Below are positions 61,241-64,000 of a DNA stretch of 64,000 nt, in pieces. The notes beneath the pieces were generated by a model that saw only the letters and a list, made by a program, of their open reading frames with translations, was not told the origin of the DNA and did no database searches. The DNA is from Chloroflexota bacterium (GTDB lineage: Bacteria > Chloroflexota > UBA11872): contig JAPPNP010000014.1 in the NCBI GenBank assembly GCA_028873795.1, positions 76,209 through 140,208 on the forward strand, written 5' to 3'. The translations under genes were made by a program, and so were the position numbers. Position 1 is the stretch's first letter. Every line of letters begins with the position of its first letter.

Positions 61241-62308
61241 CTAGGCCGCGTCGATGGCCGCCGCCATCCGCTCGAACGACGCGTCGCCGAGGGTGCGGTG
61301 GTGGAACCAGTTGGGAGGATTCCCCAAGAGATCGTGCAGTTCGTTGATCCTGCCCAGCACGATCTTCACCTCGTCCCAGGTGCAGCCGATCTCGGCGGGA
61401 CGGTAGCGTACCCGGCACAGATCCAGCAGCGCCTTCGTCTCGTCGAAGCCCCATTCATACACGTGCGCGTTGATGAGCGAGCCCAGCGACACCACTTCCG
61501 AGTGAATCAGCTCGCGGCCGAGCACCCACTCGAACGCGATGACGAACGTGTGGTCGATGCTGCGCGAGATCTTCATGTCAAACGTGGGCACGTCGTAGCG
61601 CTCGCGATTGATCTCGCTGGCGATGCGGATGGCGTCGTCGTTCAGTTGGCCCAGTTCGTCCAGCCCTGCGGCGAACTGCCGGCACCGTGCGTGGATCCAC
61701 GCCAGCGTCCCATCCGCCGCGGCCTGGTCCATCGGCGGGAGGCCCTCGAGTCCCTGCTCCTCCCACCAGCGCCACGACGCCACGTGCCCCAGGTTGCAGA
61801 TGCACTCGCCCATGCCGGCGCGGTTGAGATGGGGCGGCGCCGCCGCGATCACGTCGTAGTCCAGCAGCAGATAGTCGGGCGCCACGGTGTCGAAGCAGAA
61901 CTCCCAGATGTCCGCGCGGCGGATCGCCACCGGCGCCTGGAAGATCGCACCAGTCGAGACGATGGTGGGAATCAGCACCAGCGGCTTTTCCAACTTCCAG
62001 GCCATGAATTTGCCCACGTCCAGCGCATTGCCGCCGCCGATGCCCAGCACGACGTCGGCGTCGGGCAACCGATCGATCAGCGGCTCGACATAGTTCTCCG
62101 CCATGCCCTGCTGAAACTCGAGCTGCCGCGGCGGGTGGGGAAAGAACTCCTCCACCACGGCCCAGGCGCTCGGCGACGTGATGGCGAGATAGGACGTGTA
62201 GGTCGGCCCGTAGGCCGCGAGCAGATCGTGTCCGTAGCGGGCATCCCACTTCCGGCTATCGAGCACCATACGCGCCTCGTCTCCGACATCGCGGCCCGCG
62301 GCCATCAT
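61241..62308 (-). CDS. dehydroquinate-synthase-like / iron-containing alcohol dehydrogenase superfamily protein (G1PDH/AraM-like)
   Basis: 355 aa; GIGGGNALDVGKF glycine-rich NAD motif of the DHQS-like fold. Confidence 0.55.
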   Translation of the reverse strand: MMAAGRDVGDEARMVLDSRKWDARYGHDLLAAYGPTYTSYLAITSPSAWAVVEEFFPHPPRQLEFQQGMAENYVEPLIDRLPDADVVLGIGGGNALDVGKFMAWKLEKPLVLIPTIVSTGAIFQAPVAIRRADIWEFCFDTVAPDYLLLDYDVIAAAPPHLNRAGMGECICNLGHVASWRWWEEQGLEGLPPMDQAAADGTLAWIHARCRQFAAGLDELGQLNDDAIRIASEINRERYDVPTFDMKISRSIDHTFVIAFEWVLGRELIHSEVVSLGSLINAHVYEWGFDETKALLDLCRVRYRPAEIGCTWDEVKIVLGRINELHDLLGNPPNWFHHRTLGDASFERMAAAIDAA

Positions 62309-62320
62309 ACGCCGGAGCGG

Positions 62321-63232
62321 CTAGTTGACGGGATATCGCTCGGCCAGCTCCAGCCGATCGATCAGCTGCCCGATCTCGTCCCGCGTCGCCGCGTCGATCA
62401 CGGGCGCCGGATCGCGCACCGTGGCGTGGTCGATCAGTCCCCGCCGCTTGAGAATCTCCTTGCGCACCGCCCACATGAGTCCGGGCCGCGCGTCCATCGC
62501 CGTCAGCGGCATCAGACGATCCCAGAGCGCGTTGGCGCCCGCCGCGTCGCCGTCGAGGAACAGCGCCAGCGTCTCGACGATGACCTCGGGATAGGGATAG
62601 CCCGTCATCATGCCGCTCGATCTCCGCTCCAGCTCCTGCACGAAGGAGGTGCCAGCGGCGGAATACAGCGGTCGCGCGTCGCCGACCAGGGTCCGCACCG
62701 CACTAAGCCGCTGCGTCACCGGCTGCCCCTCGACCTTGAAGGCGGCCACGCCCTCGACCTCGCGGGCCAAGCGCGCCAGCAGCGCGGCACTCATGGCCAC
62801 GCCGCTGGTGTTTGGCTCGTCCTGCGCGATCACCGGCACGTCCAGCGCGTCCGTGACCGTCGCGTAGTGGCGCACCACCGCGTCTTCGGTCGGCGCGGTG
62901 GCATACGGCGGCAGCACGACTACGCCGGACGCTCCCAGGTCGGTCCAGCGCCGGCCCAACTCGATCACGGCGGCCGTGGCGGGCGCGTACGCCGCCACCA
63001 GCACCGGCAAGCGCCCGTAAAGCTCGCCCATCACCACACCGACGACGTCTTCCTGCTCGGCTCGGCTGAGGAACATGGCCTCCGACGCCACGCCGAGCAG
63101 AAACAGCCCGTCGCTGCCGCAGTTCTCGCGGTGATGCAGCAGGCGCAACAGGCTGGCGGAGTCGATCGCGCCGTCGGCGTCGAACGGCGTTTGGAGAATC
63201 GAGTAGAACCGCCCGAGCCGAGCGTCGCTCAC
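62321..63232 (-). CDS. dihydrodipicolinate synthase/N-acetylneuraminate lyase family aldolase (probable 2-keto-3-deoxy-sugar-acid aldolase)
   Basis: 303 aa from GTG 63232, which overlaps the TGA of the upstream enolase (GTGA); DapA-family TIM barrel; the first 218 codons of the raw ORF are a different frame of the enolase gene and were rejected. Confidence 0.75.
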   Translation of the reverse strand: MSDARLGRFYSILQTPFDADGAIDSASLLRLLHHRENCGSDGLFLLGVASEAMFLSRAEQEDVVGVVMGELYGRLPVLVAAYAPATAAVIELGRRWTDLGASGVVVLPPYATAPTEDAVVRHYATVTDALDVPVIAQDEPNTSGVAMSAALLARLAREVEGVAAFKVEGQPVTQRLSAVRTLVGDARPLYSAAGTSFVQELERRSSGMMTGYPYPEVIVETLALFLDGDAAGANALWDRLMPLTAMDARPGLMWAVRKEILKRRGLIDHATVRDPAPVIDAATRDEIGQLIDRLELAERYPVN

Positions 63233-64000
63233 CAGTTCGTATACGAGCCGTCGCGGCGGCGCAGGTGGGGCGCCTCCCAAAACATGGTGGGGTGATCCGC
63301 CAGCGCGTCCTCGTTGAGCTTGACGCCCAGCCCCGGCGCCTCGGGCAGCGGAAACGCGTCGCCCTCGATGTCGAGTCCCTCCGGGAACAGGTCCGGCGGG
63401 CGCGCCCGCGTGTTCCAGTTGTATTCGAGCAGGGCGAAGTTCGGGATGGCCGTGCAAAAGTGCACCGCCGCCGCCGTCGATATGGGGCCCAGCGGGTTGT
63501 GCGGCATCACTTCCAGGTAGTGCGCCTCTGCCATCCCGGCCACCTTGCGGGCCGCCGTGAACCCGCCCACGTTGCACACGTCCAGCCGCACGTAGTTGCT
63601 CAGCCCGCGCTCGATGAATGGCGCGAATACGTAGATGCCCGAAAACTCCTCGCCGATGGCGAAGGGGATGTCGGTCATGGTGCGCAGCGAGGCGTAGGCG
63701 TCGGGGCTCTCGGACCGGATCGGCTCCTCGAGGAACATGAGGTTGACGTCGTCGACCAGGCGGCAGAACTCGGCGGCGTCGGCCACGCTGAGCCGGTGGT
63801 GAAAGTCGATCCCCATTCGCAGCCGCGGTCCCACCCGAGCCCGCACTGCGTGCAGCATGTCGGCCGAAGCCACCACCGACTCCCAAGGCTCGTAGACGTC
63901 CTCGGGCGCGTCGGGATCGTCATCGGTCGGCACCACGGGCGAGAAGCGAACCGTGCCCCATCCATTCGCCGCCAGGTCCGCCGCGCGCTCGGGCATGGTG
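63229..64000 (-). CDS. enolase-superfamily dehydratase, paralog 5 (D-mannonate-dehydratase-like), 5' end beyond the window
   Basis: Barrel and C-terminal part only (...LRRRDGSYTNW); the N-terminus lies past position 64000. Confidence 0.8.
   Translation of the reverse strand, partial: TMPERAADLAANGWGTVRFSPVVPTDDDPDAPEDVYEPWESVVASADMLHAVRARVGPRLRMGIDFHHRLSVADAAEFCRLVDDVNLMFLEEPIRSESPDAYASLRTMTDIPFAIGEEFSGIYVFAPFIERGLSNYVRLDVCNVGGFTAARKVAGMAEAHYLEVMPHNPLGPISTAAAVHFCTAIPNFALLEYNWNTRARPPDLFPEGLDIEGDAFPLPEAPGLGVKLNEDALADHPTMFWEAPHLRRRDGSYTNW

Noticed and set aside
61079-63295. 738-aa plus-strand ORF
   Set aside because: It lies antisense to the DHQS-like and DapA-like genes. Its sequence is Arg/Gly/Asp/His-rich low complexity, typical of shadow ORFs in roughly 70% GC DNA, with no recognisable motifs.
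62321-63886. Full 521-aa raw ORF for the DapA-like gene
   Set aside because: The first roughly 218 codons are an alternative frame of enolase paralog 5 and are Arg/Gly-rich nonsense. A GTG at 63232, which overlaps the enolase stop, gives a normal 303-aa DapA-family protein.

Overview
This 64 kb window comes from a very high-GC (about 68-70% by eye) bacterial chromosome; the phylum cannot be fixed from sequence alone (Actinomycetota- or Chloroflexota-like). Coding density is high and about 60 genes are supportable. Housekeeping genes (uvrC, gnd, aspS, infC, nadC, rarA, ogt, tRNA-Gly-CCC) are interspersed with a large carbohydrate and acid-sugar catabolic neighbourhood. That neighbourhood holds five enolase-superfamily dehydratase paralogs, four xylose-isomerase-like TIM-barrel proteins (three are close paralogs), three Gfo/Idh/MocA dehydrogenases, two HyuB and one HyuA hydantoinase/oxoprolinase-family genes, two 2-hydroxyacid dehydrogenases, a DHDPS-family aldolase, an RraA-family aldolase, a GH29 fucosidase, a 12-repeat BNR propeller protein, an MFS transporter and several ABC components. 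Other genes include a VapBC toxin-antitoxin pair, an AI-2E transporter followed by a heterodimeric ABC exporter, an orphan MoxR ATPase, an HtrA-like lipoprotein protease, and a large membrane protein with a degenerate PP2C-like domain plus a periplasmic NHL-like propeller. Nearly every convergent or long intergenic gap is filled by a mosaic of GC-rich palindromic repeat modules (REP/MITE-like), which also generate spurious ORFs. The most anomalous locus is a roughly 470 bp low-GC island (56.57-57.03 kb) carrying a single TTG-initiated gene for a small membrane-anchored protein of unknown function. I found no CRISPR array, no integrase or transposase, and no recognisable defence system. The candidate novelties are the low-GC island gene, the TIM-barrel plus Gfo/Idh/MocA catabolic array, the pseudo-phosphatase membrane sensor, and the repeat mosaic.
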